Assembly: GCA_013265495.1 (NCBI GenBank)
Contig: MU057377.1
Location: forward strand, 186,001-250,000
Direction of reading: 5' to 3'
Source of the DNA: Vicugna vicugna
Taxonomy: Eukaryota
DNA: 64,000 bases
The notes beneath the pieces were generated by a model. It was not told the origin of the DNA. It did not search any database and was given only the letters and a program-made list of their open reading frames with translations. Within the stretch, counting starts at the first letter, position 1; each line of letters begins with the position of its first letter. This document shows positions 39,211 through 53,015 of this stretch, piece by piece. A program made the translations under genes and the position numbers.

Positions 39211-42200
39211 GTGTCTTGCTAGAAGCCTTCTGCTGCAGAACCACCTGAAGGAGATGCCAGGTGTTACTGCCAGGTGCTCCTGACCGCTGTGTGTGACAAG
39301 AGCCAGGCCCCGGAACAGGTCCCGCAGGAGCCGGCCTCAGAGCACAGAAACGGGGAGCCCCCTCCCTTCCTCCCACAGTGTGTCTCTAGTGTCGTCTGCT
39401 GACCCAGCTCCTCCGCCCTCCATCTGGGAACAGAAAGCATGCTTCCAGGGCCCAGAGTCACAGTCGCAGAGAGGTAGCAAAGAGTGGGTTTGGAGCTGAG
39501 AGGCAATACATTGGAGGCACCACCTCCTTGAATCTGATATTTTATTGTGATTTACTAGAGTGATAAAGGAATGTTATGGAAAGAGTTAAAAACTTGAGAA
39601 GAAAAACCAGACTCTTTTTTGAAGGAGCAATTTGACATTTCCAAACACAGGGTATAAGGGTATTGATTTATTCATTTGTGTATTGTTAAATACCATTTGC
39701 CAGATATTTGGAATTTCAAGTTAACGTATGGTTCTCTAGAATCATAAATATAAATTATAAGTTATATAGTGCCCATCAAGGCCAAGGTACCCAGAACTCT
39801 GATAAAGGAGGGGAGGAGGGAGGATGGCAGATTAAAGAGTTGACCTCAGTATCACACTGGTTCTTGAAGGGAATTTGTGTTTTGTCTAGAAAACATTGAC
39901 TTGTTTCGTGTGTGCATGTAGAGACAGTGATGGAAGTCATGCTACAAAATCTAGTTGGAGAGAGAAGCTGTGGCCACGTTGTAAAAACTCACGTTTGCTA
40001 AATGAAGGGGTCTGGACTTTATCCAACAGATTGTAGGCAGACAAATGAGGTACATGATACAGGCAGTTTTGTTTTGGGGCAGATAACACTGGGGGCGTTG
40101 TAAAGGAAACACATGGAATAGGGAAATGCTGACTGACAGGCACCGAGTTAAACGGAAGGTGCAGTAATTAAAACAAGAGATGACCAGCTCCTGAGCTAGA
40201 CAGTGACCATGAAAGGTAGGTGAAGTTGGATTTTAGAAACATTGCTAATACGGAAATGTCTGTTGGATGTAGAGTCTGCTTAAAAGTATGTAGAGAGGAG
40301 GGAGAAGTTTAGAATGACACACCAAGGACAAACCTCCGCCAGGTGTTTGCTTAGTATCTGCCCTGCATGTAATGGGGCAGGGCTTGCTGTCATTTCTGAC
40401 TAGTCAGTTGCAACTTTGTAACTATATATATACATAACACATACATACAGATGCATGCATGCATCTGTATATAGATGTACGGATTTACATGCATTTGGTA
40501 TGCATGCTAAATATCCATATATGTTTATTAAGTGTGTATGGGAATATTGCATACAGTTTTAATATTACAGCATACTGTATATAATTATTCATTCTCATTT
40601 AATTACATGTAATTTACAAGTTGTTAGGGTCACTCAAGTCCACTTATCAAGACTTAGAAAGTCCTTTGGGACTGCTGTGCACTTGTGCTTGTCTCTGTTT
40701 TAGTTGCTAATGGTTTGTTACCAGTTTTATTTTGTTTCTGGTGAGAGAGATTTTAAGTTATGACTTTCAAAGTTGCCTAATAGTTAAAAAGTAGGTTCAG
40801 CCAATTAGATTTTATTTATTAATTATTTGAAATGTGTTGCCAGATATGGTAGTAGAATGCTTATATCAATATCTTTTAAAGTAGAGATTTGTGTTTCAGT
40901 CCTGGCTCTCAGCTAAAAAACTGGATGTTTTTGTGTAAACCATTTTTTCCTTTTATCCTGAAGTTTATTTTATAAAAAGTTAAAGAATTGAACAAGAGTG
41001 ATCTCTAAGGATCTTTCTAATTGTTAAATGTAATGTTCATTTCTTAAATAATTGCTTAAATTATGCAGTGAATATATAATTCACATGAACGTCCTAATTT
41101 ATAGTCCTCGAGAAACTGGGGTCTAGAAGTCTGTGTGGAGAGGAGACAGGTACAGCCGAGCCGTGCTGCAGGATTACACTGCTGAGTTCTGGGGAAGGGC
41201 GGGTGGGCCTCGCCCCGGGGCAGCAAGACTGCTGTTGGATTGACTTCATGAGTGAGAACTAGAGAGCAGTAGATCTGGTTGGGGGGTGGGTTGCAGAGGG
41301 GAGCGCGTGTGTTTGAGGGCATAGGCGCTCATGTGTAACGTGACAGCTGCAGAAAGTCAGTGTTGTGGCGGGATGGGCGTGACAGTCATGGTGGCATATG
41401 GGGGCGACAAGAGTGAGCACTCTTTGAGGGCAGATGGTTTGTCCCTTTTCTTCATTGTCATGTCCTCAGCACCAGTAGAGCTGCCTGACACACATTTGGT
41501 GTCGCACTTACCAGTTCTGTGATCTTGGGCGATTGGTTTAATTTGCCTTGGTTTCCCTGTCTGTGAAGTGAATGAAAGAATGAGGACATGAAAGAAATAA
41601 GGCAGCAAGAAAACACTAGAATTGTTCAGCGTGGGAGAACTAATAACCCGGGGACCAAATGTGAGATGAACAGAACTTTCCGGAGGACGTGGGTAAGGTG
41701 CACAGAGGTCAGGATGAACTTTCAGTCATGAAGTAGCAGAATTTACATCCTAAAAGGATAAAGAAAGAAAATGAAATATAAGATAATATGTTAGTATAAA
41801 AAAGCATTAAAAAAGAAAAATGTGCAACGAAATATTATCTTTTTTCATTATATAAAGTTGCTGTTTTTCTAAAAATTTCCTTGTAATTGTCATTTAATTT
41901 GAATGCAAGAATTTTGCTCAAGTAAGAATATTTTGTAGTTGGGATAACATTATAGTTTTCAAGTGCCCTGCTGCTACCTTTTTTGGCCTAAACTTTTTAA
42001 TGGGAATGTAAGTTAAGTGTGTATAAGCAGGTGATTTCTTTATGGTTTCCACTAATTTTTTTTTCATTCCATGAGGAATTTATCACATTCCAAACTGCAG
42101 CAATTTATTTTGTATACCTGTAGTTATTTATAGTGCTTGAATTTCTGATTAAGTATTGATCCAGTTAAAAATCAAATGAAGTCTCAATATTTCTTGGATT

Positions 42201-42940
42201 TTGTGCATAATACATTCTAAGGGGACATAACTGTGCCCCTCAGTAAGTCGCACAGAACTCTAGTTGAGGGGGTAGCACTTCTGCGTAGAAGCGAGGCGCG
42301 ATCTGCGGAGGGGTACAGAGCTGGAATGGTGGGGGCAGCGATGTGTTGGGGGAGATCTTTCCTTGTAAAGTGTGTGAATCAGTCCGTTGTGGTCAGCACA
42401 CTGGATGGATCGTTTTTCTGTCTCCTTGGGAATCTAATAATGTGTTTTTCCCCCCTCAAAATACATGTCTATTTAATTGCTTGAAACGTGTAGTTTCATT
42501 AGTAGGCGGATGTCCTCCAATAAATAGGTAGATTAACTTTAAGAAAAAGATGTAAGTGAGGTTTCACATCACAAAGGGAAAGAGCTTTGGTTTGGCTTCC
42601 AACTAAATATACCTGCAGATGCAGATTGAGATGCTGGTTTGTAGAGCTTTTGTCAATTATCTTATGTTTTTGACATTTTTGAGGGAACCTGTTCTGTTGC
42701 TTTCCTGCTGAAGTTCCAGACTGATGCCTGAGGAAGGGTTTGTAAATTGTATCTCTATCATAGACCCTGCAGTTTTCATATAAAGGTCAACTGTTCTTAT
42801 TTGTCTGTTCAAAGACTCATTCTCCACTATATAATTAGGGTAAAATACTTCCAGCCAGTATATATTATTCAAAGCCTTATAATGATGGCAGTTTTGAATC
42901 TTTGTATATTAAAGGCAGGTTAAAATAATGGTTACTGTAC

Positions 42941-43150
42941 TCTGGAGCCTGCTGGGATTGGAGTCCTGGCTTTGCCGTTTGCTGGTTGCATGATCTCAGG
43001 CAATTGGTTTAGCTTTGCTGCAGCGTCCTGGTCTGTAAATGGGGAATAATGATAATAGTACCTATTTCATAAGGTTGTTGGAGGATTAAATCTGCACATA
43101 TCAAGTGCTGAGAACAGTGCCTGGCACGGGGCTAGCATCAGAGGGACGTT
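42941..43150 (+). mobile_element. MIR SINE
   Basis: ctgtaaatggggaataatgataatagtacctatttcataaggttgttggaggattaaat..agtgctgagaacagtgcctggcac. Confidence 0.85.
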
Positions 43151-43845
43151 TGCTGTTGTAACTGTCATCAGTGACAGCGTCTCCATTGGACCTGTGGCCT
43201 GGGACTGGACTGCACGCTCCAGGTGCCTTCAATCCATGACTGAGTGCGCTATTACCAACCTTTGTTGCCAGGTTTCTCCCTCGGACTTCACAGGCCCCAG
43301 TTCTTGTCTCTTTCACACGGTGTGCACATGTACTTACGTTACAGTTGTAGTGTGTGGGAAATTAATGTCACGATGATTTTTATCTCGTATTAGTCAATAC
43401 TTTGGGACTTTATCAGCTCAACATATTGAGTGTGCTTTATGAAGTTATACATGCATTAGAATATTCCTGAACCACTTAACAAAGATGGTAGGGATATCCT
43501 TTGCGTAAATCTTTATTTGGTACATTTTTTTTCTCTGAAAATGTATAGCAGTGTGTTTGTTCAGTTGCAAGGATGTAACGCCAGGGGTATGTTCTACCCC
43601 AAACACTGAGACTCTCTCCGCCTGCTCTGCTTTTGTGAAAACAGCGGTGGTGTTAGAGAGGCAGCCGACAGAAGGCTGGAAGAGTGATGCCGAGTTCTGG
43701 CCCTGTTGTGAGCCAGACGTAGAATCTTGGGTAATTCTAGTCCAAAGGAATATGGTTGTCATTTCCCTTTGAGTTTAAGGATTCAATGTATCATAGGTGA
43801 CCTGAAAGTAAGACGATTCTTCTTACTTGGCTTGTAAATGGATCT

Positions 43846-43940
43846 TTTTTTTAAATTGAAGTATAGTTGGTTTACAACATTATATTAGTTTCAGATGTAC
43901 AGCATAGTGGTCCAATATTTTTATAGAGTGTAGTCCATTT
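43846..43940 (-). mobile_element. Short 5'-truncated L1 3' end
   Basis: tttttttaaattgaagtatagttggtttacaacattatattagtttcagatgtacagcatagtg, flanked by a gatct direct repeat. Confidence 0.85.
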
Positions 43941-44084
43941 GATCTCATTTCTTTATAGTACTTTATTGTGCAAACGGATCTCCTGAAATATGTCATTTAT
44001 GTTCCTTAATTTGCATGGGTCTGGAAATGTTCTAGGTAAATGGATTGCTGTGACAGCTAGCACTCTCTTCAGAGATGTGAACTG

Positions 44085-44592
44085 ATCTCATCCAGAATGA
44101 AATCTAAGGTCTTCGCTGAGTCCCAGGAGACTCTCCAGCCCCGGCCCGACTTCCCTGTCGGAACCTCCTCTCCCTCTGTTCCCCCATTTCCTCGAGTCTA
44201 ATCAGCTGGCCTCCCTGCTACTCTGGGAAGATGCCAAGCACACGCCCACCTCCGGACCTCTGAACGCAGTGTTTCGTCTGCCTGGGACGCCCTTCTGCAG
44301 GTCCTCAGCGTTCGCTCCCTTATTTCAGCACCTTCTCAGTTAGATGTGGCTACCTGAGTTTGTCTCTACTCCTCCCCTCTGTCACTCTCTGTCCTCTCAC
44401 TCTGCTCTAGGTTTCTTCGTAGAATTTACCTCTGACTGACGTAATGTGCATTTCACTTGTTTACTGTTTGCTTTCCTCACTGATACGTTGGCTTCATGAA
44501 AACAGACTTGTTCTTGTGTTCCTGTTGCCTAGTTGAGATTTATGATAGCACAGAGCAGGTGCTCAAAAACTGTTGAATTAAGCAAGTAAATG
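44085..44592 (+). mobile_element. L2 3' fragment
   Basis: ctggcctccctgctactctgggaagatgccaagcacacgcccacctccggacctctgaac..agcacagagcaggtgctcaaaaactgttgaattaa. Confidence 0.75.
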
Positions 44593-47484
44593 CTTATAGT
44601 CAGTCCAGTTGTACAATTACCTAAGGTGCTTTAAAGCTTTTAGAGGTTATCTTTAGATAAAATTTGAAGGTGGATCTGAATTATAGTCCAATTAAAATGT
44701 TCCATTAACCCCTAGCGTGGAAAAAACAACTCTTAACTGTTACTGAAAATATAGAATGTTAGAATTGATCTGATCTAAGAATAAAGAATGTTGGATCTCT
44801 CAGAGACAGTGTCTGCAGATCATCCAGCATATATTTCTTGTTTTAAGGACCAGGAAACTGAGATCTGATTATGTTCGCAGATGTGCCAGAGTCCAGAGTC
44901 ATGCACCTTTAGTGGCAGCGCCCTAGTTTGCCTGAGATACACTTCATTGTTGTTACCTTATACAACTTACGTATAACTCTGTTTAATTTTCCAGTAGCTT
45001 TATTTTTTATTAATTGTATTTTTTTACTGGCAACTTTACTATCTGCCCTACAGAGTATGTCCTATAACAGTATTGTCTCTGTTCTTTAAATCACATAGTT
45101 ACAACGGTTATTACATGCTGCCAGCTAGGGGATGGGGGCTATTTTTTGGTATGTTTTTGCTTTCTTTGGAAATCTCCACCTGAATGGCTCATAATTAACA
45201 GAGTCAGTTAACTCATAGTTCGCTCATAGTTAACAGAAACAGTATTTGAAGAGCAAATTCCTTATTGTTCCACCCGCACCTGACACTTTTGTTATATTAC
45301 TTTAAGTAATTTATTCTAATGGCTTAGACCAGAAACTGTGGCTTAGAGGGTAGTATTTTTACCTCTCTCACCGACCTCCTGTAGCTAAAAAGTTGCCAAA
45401 GTGTGTAGAGCTTCCTTCTTTCCCGGTAGATCTTGATTAGCGGAGGTGACCCTCTGCCAAATGCCGGCCTCTGTGGGGAGTTAGTGACTTTGCTTCTTGC
45501 AGAAACCGTCTTCTAAGAAACTGGCCAAATTCATCAGGTGGTGCGGTGCCTTAGTTGTGAGAAATTCCTGGCTTCACTTAGGGGTGACATTAAGGGCATA
45601 GGGGAGGCAGCTGTAGCATTGAATAGAGTGCTCTGGACTCTGGGTGTGCTCAGTAAAGTAAGTTACCCTTATTACAATTCCGCATTTTTGAGAATGCATT
45701 TTCCCTCTTGTTACACTGTTAATTTTCTCAACACTAAAAAGAATACTTTCCTTTTTAAAGAAGTTTTAAATGAGCTGTTTTAAAAGTCATCTATGTGCAG
45801 ATGGAGAAGTTGAGTAAACCAAGCTGCCTTTACAGCTCCATTTCCAGTGCCTTTACTTAGCCCATCGGGTTGCACTGAAGCACGGAAAGCTGCCTCATTT
45901 ATAGTCAGGGGTACGTGAACGCTAAGAACTGACACAACTTAGATCGACCCTATTTTCATTAGTTCAAATATGTAAGATAAATAAATCATGATCTGTAATT
46001 GTTGAATAGAAGTATTTGAATGCCTCCTAGTGGTATGCTGTATGCTCTAATTAAGGAATTTTAAAAATAGTATTCATTGAAGTCATGCTGCAGATAAACT
46101 ATTAAAATTGTGAAGTACTAAAGCCCTTTAATGATAGCATTCTAAGTGGAACAGAAATACATTTTTTGCAATATAAAATTAATTTAAAATGTAACTGGAA
46201 AAATACAATATATATGACAAAGATGAATATACTTTTAATCAAAACATTTATGTTTCTGGTCTAGATTTCATTATTTTAATTGATTTTTTTTAATTTAGTG
46301 GAACTGTTTTGCACTTAAGTATAGACAAATGTTGCTATTAAGGTTGAATTGCTTTGTTTACATTTGTCCTTTTGAATTAATTTGATTAACGTGTAAGTTT
46401 TAATTCATTTGTGTCACAGAAATAATGGTTTATAGAATTTCTGTGGTTCATTTTCAGATGTTTTATTTTTAAATTCTGATTTCCAAGTTGAATAAAATGA
46501 CTTAATTTATTCATTACATGTCTTGAAAATGCAGACTGGCAAAACTTTAAAATGATGGGAAGAATGCTGATTTAATTATTGCTTTAAATGCTAAAAAATG
46601 ACAACACTTACAGAAATATAATTTAAAATGGAAACGAAGTCACAGGGAAAGAATTCTGATGAGGGTCAGTAGGAGGGAGGGGGAAAAAAGTGATATCCCT
46701 TTGTTAAGCATTAAAAAACATTTAATTAACTGCTTGCCAAAACAGAACAATTAAAATGGCAGTTACCTTTAAAGTGGCATCCGTGTGTTTGCAGCTGTTG
46801 TGGTACAAAGCTAGGAAACACAATGTTAATCTGAAATGAGCAGTTTAAATATGAAATTATGATGTCCTTGGCTTCCTGGAGTACAGCTTTCAAGCTTGGG
46901 CAGTTCGCTGGTCAATAGTGACATTCTCTGTGTCAGTGCACAGAGTCTCCTGATACCGTAACCCGCGGTTCACACGTTACTGAGGCTCCAACTGTCGAAC
47001 GTCAAGTCCCCTGGTGCTGCCGCAGCTCCCAGCCTCTCCTGACTGGCTCATGTTTCATTCTTTGGCAATTTGCCCTAATGATATCCCCCAGGAGCTTTCA
47101 GCCCCTCTTCCTTTCCATATTTAATCGACACGCATTAATCTGAGTGATGCGCGGACTGCTGCACGGGCTGGAGTTCCCTACAGTCCCTTCCAGGATGCTG
47201 CCTGGGTTTTCAGTTTTACTCTTATTTATGTCCTATGTTTTGACCCCAAACACTATATATTCAGGTGGTTATAACTGTCTACATAAGGTGCCCAAGAAGC
47301 TACTTTGCTGTTTATACATTTTTTTCCTGAAACATAAGACTTTTTACAGGCAGAACTGGTCAAGATAACATGATTTAGGTCATTAAATAGTTTTCTGATC
47401 ACCATCAGTCTCTGGTAACTTAAGTGTGGCTTTTTTCGGAGGGTCAGCGGCCACTTACTGTTGTTCTCCTTTTGCAAATTTCAG

Positions 47485-47585
47485 TTAACTGCCTGTCTGC
47501 ACGGCTCGGCCGCCCTGCTGTACCCCATGCACTGGCAGCACATCTTCATCCCAGTCCTCCCTCCACACCTGCTGGACTACTGCTG
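47485..47585 (+). CDS. DENND1B: DENND1B coding exon (~exon 11), [33 protein letters not shown](C), 101 nt
   Basis: aatttcag acceptor and TG|gtaagc donor; cDENN motif LLYP..WQHI.IPVLP. Confidence 0.97.
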
Positions 47586-48409
47586 GTAAGCTGGCTTCCG
47601 CCAGACTCCCCTAAACCCAGGCTTGGCGGTCAGAGCTGATCCGTTTGTTTGGAGATTAGGTAAGCTTGGAGCACAAATGCACATATATATGAATGGAATC
47701 TCTGAAACTTGACTTGGAGGTTAGTAACAAATATTAAAAGGTGGTTTTACGAAGGGCAGAGTAGTTCTTTCCAAAGGTACAAAAATTTATACTTGGCCAA
47801 CATAAAGTTCTTTAGATTTTGTGAGTTTCTTCTACAGCCATTTTGATAAGCAAATGCATACATAGAAACGGACACAGTCTTGGTTATGGTCAGGACAATT
47901 TTACAGAAGTTACAGTGTCGACCAGAGAACCCACATCCCAGGTGTCAGGACTCGTCTGCAGTCTGTCAGAAACCAGACTGTCTCTGTCGGAGCACGCTTC
48001 CGTGACCTGCCCCCTGGGACCCACTTTCCGCTACCCTCTTCCCTCAGTGGCACCCCCAGTACCAGAGGCTGGCGGAGGGGCTGCCTCTACTTCAGGAATT
48101 CCCTGAGTTCCTTGTTTCCATCCGAGTATCAGCCTTGAGCCACTATGAGAAGCAGTGTTGAAAGTGCTGGGAGGAATTCTGAGAAGCTTCTTGGCGTTGG
48201 ACATGTCTCCCAGTGATCTCACCCAGTCTGAATTCAGCCGCGCCTCTGGGACACCCCTGTGTACCCACGGTGAGCTTAGACAAGGGTGAGACCCCCCAGA
48301 CAGCGGCCCGGGACCTTCCTCAGGACTGCAGAGTAGTCGTTTCTGCAGGCGGAGCTCAGTTCTTACGAAATCAGATGAGAGTTTTTTCCTCTGAACCATG
48401 TATGTGCGC

Positions 48410-48496
48410 AGACACAGACACACACACACAGACACAGATAGACAGAGACACACACAGATACACACACACACACACACAGATATGCACACACACACA
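48410..48496. repeat. Imperfect (CA)n/(CAGA)n microsatellite
   Basis: Read directly from the sequence. Confidence 0.9.
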
Positions 48497-50454
48497 TGAG
48501 GAAATGATTTTGACCGTAATGTGTTTGTTTATATCACAACTAATGTTATTGAAAAACAAAGCTCGTTTAGAATCAAAGAATTTATTTATTTAACTTTCTT
48601 ATTTCATGAAAAGCAGATCACCTAAAGTGTTTAAGGATTGAAATGATTTAAGTTCATGCATTGAAGTTACCTATCAAGTTTCCACGATTAGCTAGCCCTT
48701 TCTAGAACAGATGATTCTAATAACAACACATGTATCTGGCCACATACTGATTATGCCAGTGTGTTGTGTCCACAGCCCAGTAGCATCAGTAGTCTTGATA
48801 ATGCTGGGAAGGAGGTTTCCAACGACCTGCTGCTGCCATCCTGCCCTTGGGGTCCTGGGAGGGAGAAGCAGCTTGGCAGGAGACTGTAGGTGTGCAGTTT
48901 CGTTACATTGCGAAGCGTCACACACACAAGGCTGAGAGTCAAGCTGGATCTAGAAATAGCTCTTTGGTATTCATTTTAGAGCTTCTTCCTCCGACCAGCA
49001 AACCTAGAATGGATTAGCATCCTTGAAGGCAGGAACCTCAGTTCTTTCACACCAAACGTGTGCAGTAGATCTTTGCAAGTAGTACTTAGTAATTAAAACG
49101 TACTTATTTTAAATAATTTTGACAAAAGTATTTGAAAAAATAGTGATATGATTTTTTGTAAATCCACGTCAAGGTTGTGGTTCAAGAACTAACACTCCTA
49201 ATTATAAGGTTTAGAATTACATTTTATCATATGTAAGGTTAGTGCCATTTTAATTTTCCTATAAAAAATGTTCTAAAGTCTTAGGAGGCAACCCCTTTAA
49301 TTTCAGTTCTCTATTGTGATGACACACTCGAGACGTTCTGAAATACTGTTATTTAGAGGCCATTGCTGACTCTCTCCGGAGAGGTCTTCCTGACACTTAG
49401 TAACCCAGCCATCAAGTCCTTTCTCTGCTGCTGCTACTGTAGTGAAGGAAGCTTGTTTCATATTTCAGTCTCTCTGGTCTCTAACCTCTGAGACAGCCCC
49501 TGTAGGACAAGTCCTCACAGCTTCCAAGCCAGACACTGCCCTGGCCCAGCGGGTACAGCAGTGGCGGACGCAGGGCTACCTGGCGGCTCCCGGGCCCAGA
49601 GGTCCCGGGCGCAGGCTCGGCTTCTGGCACGGGAAGTGCGCAGTACACTAGAGTTTTGTTTTGTTCTGTTTTTTAAATAGAACTGTCTAAGACTCCAGCT
49701 CTCTTCCATTGTCAGCAAACCCCATGGACCAAACTGTTTCGTGGGGAAAATGGTTTTCTTCCCTTTGATTCTTGGCAAATGGTCCTAGAATTCTACTGAT
49801 TTGTATGCAAAAGGCAGAAAAACACCGAGGTTACCCCTTCAATCTCGGGGTTTTTGGGTGAAGAAATTTTGTATTCCACTCCAAAAGTAGCGTCAGGAAG
49901 ACACGCACGGGGTAGAGGAGTATGTGCCCGCTCCCCGAGGTGACTGGACTTCGCAGATGCGAGGCGGCCCTGGTCCCGGGGAGCAGGTGGCAGGTGTGGC
50001 ACCCCCTCGGAGAGCCGCAGCGCCATCTTGTGACAGTGGCTGAGCAGCGCGCCCTGGTCCGCGGACGGGGGCCTGCTGGCTTGTTGGCGCACTCATTCGT
50101 TCATCCACCCACTTGTACATCAGGCATTTAGTAAACGCGTATTTGCCAAGTCGTGAGTACGTCGTAATGGATAAGACTAAGTTTCTGCCCCATCAGAGCC
50201 CTCGGTAGGAAGAAATCCACACGTCCGTGCACACATGCACAGGCACGGAGTGCACATACCCTGCACGTGCACACACGAGGAGCAGAGGAGCACTGTAATG
50301 GGATGAGGTGCGTGTCCAAGGCATGCAGAGCAACGCCCATCTGAGCGCCTGGGGAGAGGCACCCACCTGTGGGGGCAGGGGGTGGCAGGGAGGGCTGCTG
50401 GGAGGAGGTGACGCCGTCTGCATTTCTCCCTTAATCTACCAGTGTTAGTGTTAG

Positions 50455-50630
50455 GGCGGAGCGGGGGTTCCTGTCTCACAGGTGCAAAGTTTCAGTTATG
50501 CAAGATGATTAAGTTTTGGAGCTCTGTGTAGCACTGTGCCTGTCTATAACACATACTGTGCTGCAGACCGAAGGTTTTCTAAGAGGACAGATCTCGTGTT
50601 AGGTATTGTTACTACAAAACAGAAACAAAA
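50455..50630 (+). mobile_element. L1 (L1MA/MB-like) 3' end
   Basis: ggtgcaaagtttcagttatgcaagatgattaagttttggagctctg..agaggacagatctcgtgttaggtattgttactacaaaa. Confidence 0.75.
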
Positions 50631-52879
50631 CCGAAACCGAAACCAGCCAGAAAGTGAGAGCACTTTAACGCAGCAAGTCTGTGATGTTGCCAGACACGCT
50701 CATTTTCCAGCCCTTCGGCCCCTCAGGTGGCAGGACTGCAGTACCAGTACGAGCATGACCTGCTTCTGTGTTCAGGGTTGATTGAGTCGCTCTTTTATTT
50801 AGGCTGTCTGTCTGATTCTTCTTTCTACAAAAGGAACAGATTCAGCTTCTAAGAGAATAGTTTTTTTTTAAAAAGGTGGAAAACTATGTTGTTTAGAGAG
50901 CCCTGAGATTGTAACTGCTGTTACAATCCACCCCGTGGGTCGTCTCCGTAAGAAAACCTAAAACCAAAAAAAGCTATTACATAGTAATTATTTTTCAGTA
51001 AAGATTAATTGCTACCGAAAAGAAGCAGCAGTCGTATTAGAGCCTTCTGTATTCTATTTTTGCAAAGTAACTTCATTGACAGAAAGACCTAGGACAGTTT
51101 TGTGCACGGGTGATGAGACACCTGTGTCGCCAAGGATCTCTTCTGACTTACTAACGCCCTAATCTAATCGGGCGACTCCAGCTAGGAGAGCGAGATTACT
51201 TCCCATGAGATCTGGGATGTGCGCAGTCCAGTTTCCATGAGAAAAAAACAACTATTTAGTTAAATCTACATTCTGAAAACGTAATTGCTTTAGGAAAGTG
51301 TGCTCTAGATTAATGATGTTTGCAGTCTAACACCTGTATATTTTGGGTTTTTTAGATATTAGTGAGATAAAAACACAGAGACCCAGTGGTCTCATAGAAG
51401 AAGTTCCAGGTTACTTTATTATTTAGTTCTGCATGGAAATTCTTTACTGGACTTTTATCCTAGTTTAACAATTTCTGTATGTTTCAAGAGATAACTAGCC
51501 TTCATAAAGATTTTAAAGTGTTATCTTCAAAGTGTTTTGTAGGACATCGGTTGGTTAGTTATTACTTTTGGCTCTGATTTTTAAAAATCTGACCCACTCC
51601 CATGTTCCTTCAACATATGTAAAATGGGTGTAGTAGTTACTATTTTTGAAGGCTTAAATGTTTTTATTAGCACTCAACACTAAAACGTGCTTTGAGATGT
51701 GAGATGCCACGGGCTACCTGTGTTATACATCTTGAGGGCAGGATAACCTAACCTGAGGCCAGTGGGAAAACCACACAGTAGCCTTAATTAATTTATGCTG
51801 TTTTAGGTGTGGGCAAGGCTGCACATGTGAGAGAGCTTGGGAGTCGCCTGCCTTGTTTTGTACAAGTCGCCTGAAGCCAGTGGTGGGATCCCAGAGTGGT
51901 TGGTGGCACATGTTTTATATCTTTTGTGTCCCAGAAGGAATTCCGGAGATGAGGGCTTGAGCTCGGGAAGTACCTAGCCTTCCTTTCTGTGAGCGGAAGT
52001 GGAACAGGCCACATTCATTCCTTCTGTTTCCTTTTGAAGCAGAAAATCTGTTAGGTCTTAAGGGTATCAAGCCCTATAAATAGTTCTCAGCTTTCAGTCA
52101 AATGAAGTATCCAGAATATCAGATCAGTTCCAGATGGTCAATTGCATAAAAATAAAAAAATTTAAAAATAGGAAGGAACAAAACTGCCGAAGACAGAGGT
52201 AACTGGGAATTAGAATCCAGTGCAATGTGACGTATTGAGCAGGCTACTGAGGAATAAAATGAGAAATTTAACCATTCTTACTTTTTGAGAATTCTGGATG
52301 TATGCATTAGTGGCTAGCCGTCCTTAAGTAAATTAGGAACTGTTTGAGGTTGCTTTGGAAACTGAATCTATCGAGGTGCCTGTTAGTTTTATCTGTTTCT
52401 GGGTCTCAGAAGCAAAGTGGACATGCAGGAGTCTGGACAGCTCTGTTCTAATAATGACAGTGATACTTGGGAAATTATGCAAATACTTTGAAAAAGATTA
52501 TCTATTTTCATTAACAAAGAGGGTTTGCATTAAATATAACAAAGATGTTTATAAAAGAAACGCCAAAAATGTCTTATTTTTAAATTTCTTTTGTGTTCCA
52601 GGAATTCCAATGTATTTTATTTTTTATTATTTTATTTTATTATTTTTATTTTTAAAATGTTTTATTTTTAAATAACTATTTATCTGCATATCTTCTACCC
52701 CATCTGTAGACATCTGTTCATGCTCATGTTTTCTTGTTAAATAATGTTTCAGTTTTGAAATGTCAAGTTGAATAATTCCCTACTGGTACTTAATGAGAAA
52801 TCTTCTTGCAATTGCTAGTAGGTCTGTTGTTATAAACTGCAAAAAATTATTTTCGTCTGTATTGTTTGTGCCGTATAAG

Positions 52880-53015
52880 CTCTGTGTTCCCTGCTAGAGT
52901 GTAAGCTGCACGAGGGAGAAGGTTCCGTCTGTGTGGTTTATTTTTGTGCCCTAACCCCTCACCCAGGCCCTGGCCCCTGGGTATACTTCAACTACTGTGT
53001 GAATTAATTAATTCA
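52880..53015 (+). mobile_element. L2 3' end fragment
   Basis: ctagagtgtaagctgcacgagggagaagg..tgtgaattaattaa. Confidence 0.6.

Noticed and set aside
46021..46034. CTCF-like motif CCACTAGGAGGCA on the minus strand
   Set aside because: One mismatch to the core consensus in an AT-rich context; chance matches are common and there is no other support.
48031..48593. Cys/Val- or His/Thr-rich ORFs
   Set aside because: Translations of the CA/TG microsatellite.
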